This document shows positions 9,119 to 17,679 of a DNA stretch of 64,000 nt, one piece after another (the stretch's first letter is position 1; each line of letters begins with the position of its first letter). The stretch spans positions 28,051 through 92,050 of the forward strand of contig JAJDAN010000038.1 of assembly GCA_029261855.1 (NCBI GenBank). The letters run 5' to 3'. The notes beneath the pieces are model-generated. The model did not search any database and was not told the DNA's origin. It saw only the letters and a list, made by a program, of their open reading frames with translations. Source of the DNA: Deltaproteobacteria bacterium (GTDB lineage: Bacteria; Myxococcota_A; UBA9160; UBA4427). The translations under genes and the position numbers were made by a program.

Positions 9119-10291
9119 CTAGATCGCGCGCATTCCGGTGATGTGCTCGCCCAGGATCAGCATGTGGACGTCGTGGGTGCCCTCGTAGGTGCGCACCGTC
9201 TCGAGGTTCACCATGTGCCGCATGGCCGTGTAGTCGTCGACGATACCGTTGGCGCCGAGCAGGTCCCGGGCTTCTCGCGCGATCTGCAGCGCGATGTCCA
9301 CGTTGTTGCGCTTCGCCATGGAGACCATCGTGTGGTCGTAGCGACCGGCGTCCTTGAGGCGTCCCAGCTGGAGCGCCAGCAGCTGGGCCTTGGTGATCTC
9401 GGTCAGCATGAAGACGAGCTTCTGCTGGGTGAGCTGCTTGGACGCCAGCGGTCCGCCCTGGACGATGCGCTCCTTCGAGTACTCGAGCGCCTCGTCGTAG
9501 CAGCCCATGGCTGCGCCGATGGCACCCCAGGAGATGCCGTAGCGCGCCTGGGTCAGGCAGCCGAGAGGGCCTCGCAGCCCCTCGACCCCGGCGAGACGGT
9601 TCTCGTCGGGGATCTCGACGTCTTGGAGAAAGAGCTCCGACGTCACGGACGCCCGCAGCGAGAACTTGCCCTTGATGTCGCGCGCCTCGAAGCCCGGCCG
9701 GTCGGTCTCCACCACGAACCCGCGCACCTGGCCCTCTTCGTCCTTGGCCCAGATGATGGCGAGCTGCGCCAGCGTACCGTTCGTGATCCAGCGCTTGGTG
9801 CCGTTGAGCACCCAGCCGTCGCCTTTGCGGACGGCCCGGGTCGCCATGCCCGTGACGAAGCTTCCGAAGTCGGGCTCGGTCAGACCGAAGCAGCCGATGG
9901 TCTCACCCGCCGCCATGCCGGGGAGCCAGCGTTCTCGCTGGGCCTCGCTGCCGTAGGTGTGGATGGGATACATGCACAGGGATCCCTGCACGGAGGCGAA
10001 GGAGCGCAGACCCGAATCCCCGCGCTCGAGCTCCTGCATCATCAGCCCGTACGCGACGTTGTTCATGCCGGCGCAGCCGTAGCCTTCGAGATTGGCGCCG
10101 AACATCCCGAGCTCGGCGATCTGGGGCACGAGCTCCATGGGGAAGGAGCCGTCCTTGCGGACGTGCTCCTGAAGGCGCGGCAGGAATTCCTTCGAGACCC
10201 AATCGCGGACGGAGTCGCGAACGACACGCTCCTCTTCGCTGAACTGGGTGTCGTCGAGGCGCATGAAGTCGACGCCGGTGTAGTCGGCCAC
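9119..10291 (-). CDS. gcdH: glutaryl-CoA dehydrogenase (acyl-CoA dehydrogenase family)
   Basis: 390 aa. GYGCAG..VAYGL...ERGDSGLRSFASVQGSL, IGCFGLTEPDFGS, WITNG, C-terminal YEGTHDVHMLILGEHITG. Confidence 0.85.
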   Translation of the reverse strand: MADYTGVDFMRLDDTQFSEEERVVRDSVRDWVSKEFLPRLQEHVRKDGSFPMELVPQIAELGMFGANLEGYGCAGMNNVAYGLMMQELERGDSGLRSFASVQGSLCMYPIHTYGSEAQRERWLPGMAAGETIGCFGLTEPDFGSFVTGMATRAVRKGDGWVLNGTKRWITNGTLAQLAIIWAKDEEGQVRGFVVETDRPGFEARDIKGKFSLRASVTSELFLQDVEIPDENRLAGVEGLRGPLGCLTQARYGISWGAIGAAMGCYDEALEYSKERIVQGGPLASKQLTQQKLVFMLTEITKAQLLALQLGRLKDAGRYDHTMVSMAKRNNVDIALQIAREARDLLGANGIVDDYTAMRHMVNLETVRTYEGTHDVHMLILGEHITGMRAI

Positions 10292-10334
10292 GGGAATCTC
10301 CGCGTTGAGGGGCGGGCCAGGGTAGCGAACGTAG

Positions 10335-10369
10335 GAAGGGCCCGGCGGGCGATGCCCGCCGGGCCCTTC
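10335..10369 (-). terminator. GC-rich hairpin, 16-bp perfect stem / 3-nt loop (GAAGGGCCCGGCGGGC-GAT-GCCCGCCGGGCCCTTC)
   Basis: Read directly. Lies downstream of the phasin-like gene on the minus strand. No clear U-tract, so intrinsic-terminator function is uncertain. Confidence 0.4.
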
Positions 10370-10370
10370 C

Positions 10371-10398
10371 TTGGAGCTTCGTACTTGGAGCTTCGTAC
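10371..10398. repeat. exact tandem repeat, 14 bp x 2 (TTGGAGCTTCGTAC)
   Basis: Read directly: 10371-10384 and 10385-10398, between the two GC hairpins. Confidence 0.85.
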
Positions 10399-10410
10399 TC
10401 GAAACTTGCG

Positions 10411-10436
10411 GGCCCGGCGGGTCTTACCGCCGGGCC
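10411..10436 (-). terminator. GC-rich hairpin, 10-bp stem / 6-nt loop (GGCCCGGCGG-GTCTTA-CCGCCGGGCC)
   Basis: First hairpin after the phasin-like stop (10484) on the minus strand, followed on that strand by GCAAGTTTCGA (a weak T run). Shares the GGCCCGGCGGG core with the 10335 hairpin. Confidence 0.45.
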
Positions 10437-10483
10437 GGATCACGCTGAGAGACCGGCGTCTGGAAGCGACGCCTGGAGGATTC

Positions 10484-10879
10484 TCAGGCAGACGCCTGAG
10501 CCTCGGCCTTCTCCGCGGAGGGGGACGTGGTCTTTGCCGTCTTGGAGGCCTTTGCCTTCTCCAAGGCGTTCACCTTGCGGGTCAGCGTGGCGACCTTGCG
10601 CTCGAGGCGCTTGACCTCGGAACTGGAGGCCAGCGGAATCATTCCGAGCACGTTCTCGACGTTGCTCTCGATCTGCTTCTGGGTCTCTTCGCGGAAGGAC
10701 ACCAGGCGCTTGCCGATCGGGCTCCGCTCGAAGCGCTTGACCCGCTTCTCGGTTTCCTTCTCGAAGCGCTTGCGGCGCTTCTCGAGGTTCTTCTGCAGCT
10801 TGTCGAACTCGCCGCCAACGTTGCTCCAGGCTTCCTTGACCTGGTCGATTCCTTCGTCGATGAAGCTTGCTTGAGCCAT
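10484..10879 (-). CDS. phasin-like (PhaF/PhaI-type polyhydroxyalkanoate granule-associated) protein
   Basis: 131 aa from ATG 10879, preceded by AGGAGAAAATCG (good Shine-Dalgarno). Charged coiled-coil composition, with the ...LGMIPLASSSEVKRLERKVATLTRKVNALEK segment typical of this phasin family. The track start at 10987 was rejected. Confidence 0.65.
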   Translation of the reverse strand: MAQASFIDEGIDQVKEAWSNVGGEFDKLQKNLEKRRKRFEKETEKRVKRFERSPIGKRLVSFREETQKQIESNVENVLGMIPLASSSEVKRLERKVATLTRKVNALEKAKASKTAKTTSPSAEKAEAQASA

Positions 10880-10950
10880 CGATTTTCTCCTGTTCTGGTT
10901 CTCCTCCCGTGCGCGGGACGCGTCGGGAGTGCATTCGGGGGACTTGCGTC

Positions 10951-10969
10951 TCCAACGCAGTGCGTTGGA
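10951..10969. promoter_or_regulatory. 19-bp perfect palindrome TCCAACGCA-G-TGCGTTGGA, candidate operator upstream of the phasin-like gene
   Basis: Read directly. About 72 bp upstream of the phasin start, in the 284-bp divergent phasin/ndh intergenic region. Confidence 0.35.
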
Positions 10970-11163
10970 CGGGCGGCATAGTAACACGGCGCGTCATGAT
11001 GTCAATGCTTAGACTCGCCTTGGCCAGTTAGATGGCCGAATGACGCTCGGGCGCGTCAGAAAATACCGCCCGCGGGGGATGCGTTGCGTCAATACCACAG
11101 CGTCCGGGACGCCACCCGCTGAGATCGTGTAGAAGTCCTCCTCGGCCGGTGGAGGGGGCACGG

Positions 11164-12462
11164 ATGTCGGGACTGCACGGATCCGGGACGGGGACGCGGG
11201 TCGTGATCGTGGGGGGCGGCTTCGGGGGGCTGTCGGCAGCCAGGGCGCTGCGCCGTGAGGGCGTCGAGGTCAGCCTGGTCGACCGCCGGAACTTCCACCT
11301 CTTCCAGCCGCTGCTCTACCAGGTGGCGACCGGCGCCCTGTCTCCGGCGAACATCGCGACGCCCTTTCGCTGGGCGCTGCGCCGGCATCGCAACATCGAT
11401 GTCGTGCTCGGGGAGGTGACCGGCTTCGACGTGGCGGGGCGGCGGGTGCTGGTCGGCGAAGAAGCGCTCACCTACGACCACCTGATCGTCGCGGCGGGTG
11501 CCACTCACAGCTACTTCGGCAAGGACTGGCAGGACCTCGCCCCGGGCCTCAAGACCATCGAGGACGCAACCGAGATTCGCAGCCGCGTCCTGCTGGCGTT
11601 CGAGCGAGCGGACCGCGAGACCGACCCCGAGAAGCAGGCCGCACTGCTGACCTTCGTGATCGTGGGCGCGGGCCCGACCGGCGTCGAGCTCGCCGGGGCA
11701 CTGAGCGAGATCTCGCAGCACACACTCAAGAACGACTTCCGTCACATCCGCCCCGAGAACGCCAAGGTCATTCTGGTGGACGCCGTCGATCGCGTCGTTG
11801 CCTCGTACCCTCCCGAGCTCTCGGAAAGCGCCGCCCGCTCGCTCCGGGACCTCGGTGTCGACATCCTGGTCGAGACGCGGGTCACCGAGATCGAGCCGGG
11901 CCAGGTGACCCTCGATACCCGGGGCGAGTCGCGCACGCTCCCCTGCGCGACGGTGCTGTGGGCCGCCGGCGTGCAGGCGTCGCCGCTGGGTTCGCTGCTG
12001 GCCGACCAGACACAGACGACCATCGATCGGGCCGGGCGGCTCCCCGTCGAGCCGGATCTCACCCTTGCCGGCTTCCCCGAGATCTCCGTGATCGGCGATC
12101 TCGCGAGCTTCTCCCACGGCGTCGAGCGTCCGCTTCCGGGCGTCGCGCCCGTCGCGATGCAGCAGGGGCAGTACGCGGCCCGACGGATCGAGAGCATCGC
12201 GGCCGGAAAGCCGCCTCCGCCCGTCTTCCGCTATCGCAACCGCGGAACCCTGGCGACCATCGGACGCGCCCGGGCCATCGCGGACTTCGGTCGCTTCCGC
12301 AGCACGGGCTTCCCGGCCTGGCTGATCTGGCTGTTCGTCCACGTCATGGAGCTGACCCAGGCCGAGAGCCGCATCCTGGTTCTCACCCAGTGGGCGTGGA
12401 GCTATCTGACCTACAACCGGTCCGCCCGCTTGATCACGAACGGCGCGCCGCGGCGGGACTGA
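11164..12462 (+). CDS. ndh: type II NADH dehydrogenase (NDH-2)
   Basis: 432 aa from ATG 11164, preceded by GGAGGGGG. VVIVGGGFGGLSAA, RNFHLFQPLLYQVATG, second fold IVGAGPTGVELAG. Confidence 0.85.
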   Translation: MSGLHGSGTGTRVVIVGGGFGGLSAARALRREGVEVSLVDRRNFHLFQPLLYQVATGALSPANIATPFRWALRRHRNIDVVLGEVTGFDVAGRRVLVGEEALTYDHLIVAAGATHSYFGKDWQDLAPGLKTIEDATEIRSRVLLAFERADRETDPEKQAALLTFVIVGAGPTGVELAGALSEISQHTLKNDFRHIRPENAKVILVDAVDRVVASYPPELSESAARSLRDLGVDILVETRVTEIEPGQVTLDTRGESRTLPCATVLWAAGVQASPLGSLLADQTQTTIDRAGRLPVEPDLTLAGFPEISVIGDLASFSHGVERPLPGVAPVAMQQGQYAARRIESIAAGKPPPPVFRYRNRGTLATIGRARAIADFGRFRSTGFPAWLIWLFVHVMELTQAESRILVLTQWAWSYLTYNRSARLITNGAPRRD

Positions 12463-12468
12463 GCGGCT

Positions 12469-14118
12469 TCAGTCTGCCGCGTGCCCTTCGGGAGCCTCGA
12501 GGACCAGGACTTCGTCGTTCGGCTCGGGCGCAGAGCCTGCCGCCGCGACGAACTCATCGTCGCGGATGAAGCCCAACACCTGACCGGCTGTCGCGGATCC
12601 CTGTTCCGGCGAGTCCTGGCCCGGGGCCTGCGCGTCGCGCAGGACCAGCCGTCCGCCGCCGGGTAGCGCGAGGCCGATGCCCGCTCGCAGCAGCACGATC
12701 AGGTCGAGCGCCGCGCCCGGATCGATGGCGATGTGCCCGCCGCGCAGGATCGCGAGCGCCGTGGCGATGTGCTCTGCATGGTGGGCGGGAGAATCGGCAC
12801 GACCTTCGACCTGCGCCTCGTAGAGCGTCGGATAGGGCGAGCGTCGCGTGACGGCCAGCTGGACGACGAGAGCGAGAGACACGCCGAGCGCCGCCGGAAC
12901 CAGCAGCGCGTAGCCCCCGGTCATCTCCGTGACCATCAGCAGGGTTGCGATCGGCGTGCGCGCGGCGCCGGCGAAGACCGCGGCCATTCCCACGATCACG
13001 AGTCCGGCGGGAGGAAGCGAGAGGGTCGCGGCGACGGCGCCGCCCAGCATGGCGCCCACGTAGAGACCGGGCGCGAACACGCCGCCCGAGCCGCCGCTGC
13101 CCACGGTCAGCGAGAAGGCGATGGTCTTCGCGACCACCAGCAGCGCCAACAGCCGCAGCGGCAGCTGACCGTCGATCGCGTCCTGGATCCAGCCGTAGCC
13201 ACCCCCCAGCACCTGGGGCAGGACCAACGCGAGCAGGCCCACCGCCAGGCCCCCGAGTCCCGGCCGGAGCCAGACCGGGCCCGGCAGGCGTCCGAAGACC
13301 GCGCGCGTGGCGTAGAAGCACCAGGGAAGTCCTGCTGCCACGAGACCCGCGAGCAGGCCCAGCAGCCCGTAGCTGGCATAGCTCCAGGTGCTGTCCAGGC
13401 CGAGGTCCGAAGGCACGCTGAAGATGGGTTCCCAGCCGGAGACGACACCCGTCGCCGTGTAGGCGACGACCGAGGCGAGCAGGGTGTGGATCAGGGCCCG
13501 GGCCTCGAAGTCGTTGCCCCGGTAGAGCACCTCGACGGCGAAGATCGCGGCGCCGACGGGCGACCGGAAGATCGCCGACAGACCCGCTGCCATGCCCACC
13601 AACAGCAGGATGCGCCGTTCGTCTTCCGAGCGGCCGCGCCACCCTGCGTACAGGGACGCCAGGCCGGCACTGATCAGCGCCGCCGGTCCCTCGCGCCCGG
13701 CAGCACCTCCCGACCCGATGGTGATCGCGGACGCCAGCGTCTTGATCGGGACCACCCGCGCCCGCAGCGGCTCGCCTGCGTGGAAGCTCCGGACCGCGGC
13801 GTCGGTGCCGTGGCCTTCCGCTTCGGGGGCGAAGGTGAAGACGAGCCATCCGGACAGCAGCCCACCCACGGTCGTCGCGACCGGCACCAGCCACAAGCCG
13901 AAGGGGCCGACCCGCTGGACGGATGTGCCGCCCTCGGAGGGAAGTCCCGGCGGGTGAACGCCGGCGATTCCTTCGAGTAGCGCGCTCTCTGCAAACCCGA
14001 GCATCGCGGTGAACACCCAGGCACCGGCGGCACCGAGCAGCCCCAACAGCAGCGCGTCGGAAAGCAGGTACGCCTGTGAGCCGAGGATTCGCGAGATACC
14101 CACGCGCCCGAAGTTCAC
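12469..14118 (-). CDS. ClC-family chloride channel/transporter with C-terminal soluble domain
   Basis: 549 aa. GSGGAAGREGP and GSGGVFAPGLYVGAMLG selectivity-filter-type motifs, multiple TM segments. The GTG start overlaps the dedA stop (GTGA at 14115-14118). Confidence 0.85.
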   Translation of the reverse strand: MNFGRVGISRILGSQAYLLSDALLLGLLGAAGAWVFTAMLGFAESALLEGIAGVHPPGLPSEGGTSVQRVGPFGLWLVPVATTVGGLLSGWLVFTFAPEAEGHGTDAAVRSFHAGEPLRARVVPIKTLASAITIGSGGAAGREGPAALISAGLASLYAGWRGRSEDERRILLLVGMAAGLSAIFRSPVGAAIFAVEVLYRGNDFEARALIHTLLASVVAYTATGVVSGWEPIFSVPSDLGLDSTWSYASYGLLGLLAGLVAAGLPWCFYATRAVFGRLPGPVWLRPGLGGLAVGLLALVLPQVLGGGYGWIQDAIDGQLPLRLLALLVVAKTIAFSLTVGSGGSGGVFAPGLYVGAMLGGAVAATLSLPPAGLVIVGMAAVFAGAARTPIATLLMVTEMTGGYALLVPAALGVSLALVVQLAVTRRSPYPTLYEAQVEGRADSPAHHAEHIATALAILRGGHIAIDPGAALDLIVLLRAGIGLALPGGGRLVLRDAQAPGQDSPEQGSATAGQVLGFIRDDEFVAAAGSAPEPNDEVLVLEAPEGHAAD

Positions 14119-14696
14119 TCCGAGTCCCCCGCTCGGGCCCGTGCGCGTCTGCGCAGGTGGCGGAACGCCCAGAGGCTCGCACCCACCGCGATCACGATGC
14201 CGAAGGCCGCGATTTCGTACTGGCGCGCGTTCCCCAGAAAGGCCTCGGCGGCGTTGCCGACCGCATAGCCTGCGGCGCCGAACGCGACGGACCAGAGCGC
14301 TGCTCCCACGGCATTGAGGACCACGAAGCGCCCGGTCGTGATCCCCGCGCCCATTCCGATCACGAAGGGCGTGACCGTCCGTAGCCCGTAGAGGAAGCGG
14401 AAGCCCAGGATGAGTAGCGTGTCGTAGCGGGCAAGGAGGCTCTCGACGCGGTCGACACGTTGCTTCCAGGCAGGTCTGCGCGCGAGCACGGCGGGGCCGT
14501 GGCGCCTTCCCAGGTAGAAGAAGAGCTGATCACAAAGGAGCGTGCCGGCGAAGGCGGCGCCGATCACGCCGCGCTCGTCGAGGTAGCCCTGGTGTGCGGC
14601 GACGCCGCCGAGCACCAGCACGGTCTCTCCTTCGAGAAAAGTGCCGAAGAAGATGACCCAGTAGCCGTGCGTCTGGATCAGGGTCTCGAGCGTCAC
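14115..14696 (-). CDS. DedA (SNARE-associated) family membrane protein
   Basis: 193 aa. GYWVIFFGTFLEGETVLVLGG..., FRFLYGLRTVTPFVIG. The start abuts the fabH stop with no spacer. Confidence 0.85.
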   Translation of the reverse strand: MTLETLIQTHGYWVIFFGTFLEGETVLVLGGVAAHQGYLDERGVIGAAFAGTLLCDQLFFYLGRRHGPAVLARRPAWKQRVDRVESLLARYDTLLILGFRFLYGLRTVTPFVIGMGAGITTGRFVVLNAVGAALWSVAFGAAGYAVGNAAEAFLGNARQYEIAAFGIVIAVGASLWAFRHLRRRARARAGDSE

Positions 14697-15698
14697 CTAC
14701 CAGCGTGCGACGGCGCTGGCCCAGCTGAAGCCCGCACCAAAGGCGGTCATGCTCACCAGCTTGCCGGGGGTCAGCATGCCGTTGGCCTGGGTCTCGTGCA
14801 GCAGCATGGGGATCGCTGCCGCCGAGCAGTTGCCGTAGCTCATGATGTTGTTGAAGAGCTTGTCTTCGGGGATCTCGAGCTTGCCAGCGACGAACTCGTT
14901 GATGCGGAGGTTGGCCTGGTGGAACAAGAAGAGATCGACGTCCTCGATCTTCAGGCTCGCGGCGTCCAGGGTCTCGAGCAGCACTTCGGGCATGCGGGTG
15001 ACCGCGTGCTTGAACACGAAGCGGCCTTCCATGTGCGGAAAGACGCGCCCGTCGTCGATCATCTCGTGGGTGAGCCGCGACGGCGAGATGCCCGAGCCCG
15101 GCGCTTCGACCCACAGCCGCTTGGCATGCTCGCCCTGGGAATGGATGCGCACCTCGAGGATGCCGGGTGCGTCGCCTTCTTCCTCGCTGGCCTCGAGCAC
15201 GACCGCCCCCGAGCCGTCGCCGAAGATCACCGTGACGTCCCGGCCCCGGGTGCTGATGTCGAGTCCCGTCGAATGCACCTCGCACCCGACGACCAACATC
15301 TTGCGGTGGGTTCCCGCACGAATCAGGGCGTCGGCCAGCTGCAGCATGTAGAGGAAGCCGCTGCACTGGGCGCGGACATCCATACAAGGCGTGTCTTCGA
15401 GTCCCAGCTTGTGCTGCAGGAAGAAGGAGGTTCCGGGGAAGTCGGCCTGGGAAGACAGCGTGCCGAGCAGGATGCAGTCGATGTCGTTCGGCTCGAGTCC
15501 CGCCGCGTCGAGTGCCTGGCGGCAGGCGCGCTCGGCGAGGTCCGCGGGCTGCTGGTCCGGCCCGATCCAGCGGCGTTCCAGGATGCCGGTGCGCTGCTGG
15601 ATCCACTCGTCGCTGGTATCCATCCACTGCGCGAGGTCGTCGTTGGTGACGACCCGGTCGGGGACGTACATCCCGGTTCCCGTGATCTTCGTCCGCAC
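14697..15698 (-). CDS. fabH: 3-oxoacyl-ACP synthase III (KAS III)
   Basis: 333 aa. ITGTGMYVPDRVVTNDDL, active-site Cys context AQCSGFLY, FHQANLRI (His), YGNCSAAAIP (Asn). Confidence 0.85.
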   Translation of the reverse strand: MRTKITGTGMYVPDRVVTNDDLAQWMDTSDEWIQQRTGILERRWIGPDQQPADLAERACRQALDAAGLEPNDIDCILLGTLSSQADFPGTSFFLQHKLGLEDTPCMDVRAQCSGFLYMLQLADALIRAGTHRKMLVVGCEVHSTGLDISTRGRDVTVIFGDGSGAVVLEASEEEGDAPGILEVRIHSQGEHAKRLWVEAPGSGISPSRLTHEMIDDGRVFPHMEGRFVFKHAVTRMPEVLLETLDAASLKIEDVDLFLFHQANLRINEFVAGKLEIPEDKLFNNIMSYGNCSAAAIPMLLHETQANGMLTPGKLVSMTAFGAGFSWASAVARW

Positions 15699-15775
15699 CT
15701 GGCTTCCCCCCTCGTCCAGTCGTCCGACGGTTCGCGCGCTGCCTGTTGCCTATCGCCGATCGCTCGTCGCTTTGC

Positions 15776-17545
15776 CTAGGAGATCGCGGCGAGATCTTCG
15801 GCGTGCCGCGCGACTCCCGCCAGTTCATCCCGGCTCCAGAGCAGCTCTTCCGACTTCTTTAGCAGGTCTCCGAGCCCGGCGCGGGTCACGGCCGACACGG
15901 CCACTCCCCCGAGGCGTTCGGCCACAGCCTGGGCTTCGCCTGGCGGCAGGCGGTCCGCCTTGTTGAACACCAGAAGCTCCGGAGCGCCCGCCAGGCCGAG
16001 GTCGTCGAGGATCTTCCGCACCGCCGTCATACGGCGTTCGAGATCCGGGGACGACACGTCGACCACGTGCAGCAGCAGGCTGGCGTCGTCCAGTTCTTCG
16101 AGGGTCGCCTGGAAGGCGGCCATCAGTTCCTGGGGCAGGTCGCGAATGAACCCGACCGTGTCGGTGATGATCACCTCGCGTTCGCGCGGGAAGCGCAGCC
16201 GGCGCGATACCGGGTCGAGAGTGGCGAACATCTTGTCTTCGACGTGGACGTCGCTCTCGGTGAGCGCGCGCAACAACGTGCTCTTGCCGGCGTTCGTGTA
16301 GCCGACGATCGACAGCACCGGCACGTCCCGCCGTTCGCGCCTGCGCCGGCGGTTCTTCCGCTGCCCGCCCAGCTTTTCGAGCTCTTTCTCGAGGCGCGCG
16401 GCGCGGTCGCGGACACGCCGGCGGTCGGTCTCGAGCTTCGACTCACCGGGGCCGCGTCCGCCGATGCCACCCTCGAGACGGGACAGCGACAGGTCCGCTC
16501 GTTGTGCGAGGCGCGGCATCCGGTACTTGAGCTGTGCCAGCTCGACCTGCAGCTTGCCGTCCCGGCTGGTGGCGCGTTGGGCGAAGATGTCGAGGATGAG
16601 CTGGGTCCGGTCGATGACCCGCAGCTCCATGCGTTCCGAAAGGTTGCGCGCCTGGGTGGGCGTGAGGTCCTGGTCGAAGACCACGAGGTCCACGTCGCTC
16701 TGGAACGAGCGGATCATCAGATCCTGCAGCTTGCCGCTGCCGATCACCGTCTTGGGGTCGACCTTCGGTCGTTGCTGGGTGACGACGTCGACGAGGTCGA
16801 CGTCGGCAGACCGTGCCAGCTCGGTGAGTTCTTCGACGTGGGCCTCGAACTCGTCGCGAGAACGGCCCGCCGTCACCGAGACCAGGATGGCGCGCTCGCC
16901 GTCGCCTACTTCCTGGGCGCCGATGCTGCGCGCCAGGTCGTTCTCGAGGTCGCGGATGAAGCCGGGGAAATCGACGTCGAGCTGCGCGGGGTGAGCTGGC
17001 GTGAGCTGTTGCACGCCCCGGTCGAACCCCGCCCCGGCATCGGCTTCGCTGCCGTCGTCGGGCTTGAGGGCTGCCGTGTGGGCAAGGCCCGGAAGTCCGT
17101 CTTCGCCGACCGCGATGGTGACCATCGCGTCGAGGCGCAGCAGCAAGAGGTCCGTCAGGTCGTCCCGGGTGAGGCCCTCGCCGTGAAGATGGGTGTGGAT
17201 GCAGCGCAGACCGCGCAGGCGGCCGCGGCCGGCGCGCAAGCGGCCCCAGTCGGGCATCTCGATCGACCCGGCGTCGCCCACCATGACATGCGTGACGTCA
17301 CCGCGGCGGTCGACCAGGACCCCGACCTCGCGGCGGATGTCGCGACTGATCTCGGTGAGCTGGCGCGCGAAGTCGTTGCTGACGAAGCGGTCCGAGGGCA
17401 GGCGTCGCTTGTTCAGACGCTCGATGGCTCGGACCTGACTGGCCTTGAGACCTTGGGTATTGCCGAAGGTGTGGATGGACGGCTCCTCGGGGGCGCTGGC
17501 AGCGTAGGGTATGAATGGGAGAGGGGTGTGGCAACTCGGCGACAC
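15776..17545 (-). CDS. hflX: GTPase HflX with ~216-aa N-terminal extension
   Basis: 589 aa, GTG start. HflX N-domain begins at ERAILVSV (aa 217). G1 [10 protein letters not shown]3 DTVGF, G4 NKAD. Start uncertain. Confidence 0.85.
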   Translation of the reverse strand: MSPSCHTPLPFIPYAASAPEEPSIHTFGNTQGLKASQVRAIERLNKRRLPSDRFVSNDFARQLTEISRDIRREVGVLVDRRGDVTHVMVGDAGSIEMPDWGRLRAGRGRLRGLRCIHTHLHGEGLTRDDLTDLLLLRLDAMVTIAVGEDGLPGLAHTAALKPDDGSEADAGAGFDRGVQQLTPAHPAQLDVDFPGFIRDLENDLARSIGAQEVGDGERAILVSVTAGRSRDEFEAHVEELTELARSADVDLVDVVTQQRPKVDPKTVIGSGKLQDLMIRSFQSDVDLVVFDQDLTPTQARNLSERMELRVIDRTQLILDIFAQRATSRDGKLQVELAQLKYRMPRLAQRADLSLSRLEGGIGGRGPGESKLETDRRRVRDRAARLEKELEKLGGQRKNRRRRRERRDVPVLSIVGYTNAGKSTLLRALTESDVHVEDKMFATLDPVSRRLRFPREREVIITDTVGFIRDLPQELMAAFQATLEELDDASLLLHVVDVSSPDLERRMTAVRKILDDLGLAGAPELLVFNKADRLPPGEAQAVAERLGGVAVSAVTRAGLGDLLKKSEELLWSRDELAGVARHAEDLAAIS

Positions 17546-17679
17546 CCCCGGTGCGCTCCGGGCGCGGGGTTCGGGCCCCGGGGGAACGCCCTGGGCTCAT
17601 CGGCGGGGTAACTTCCCGCCCCTCCACGGGGTCATACGCGGTCACGATCCGCTGGATGCCGGCCGAAACAAGGAAGCAG

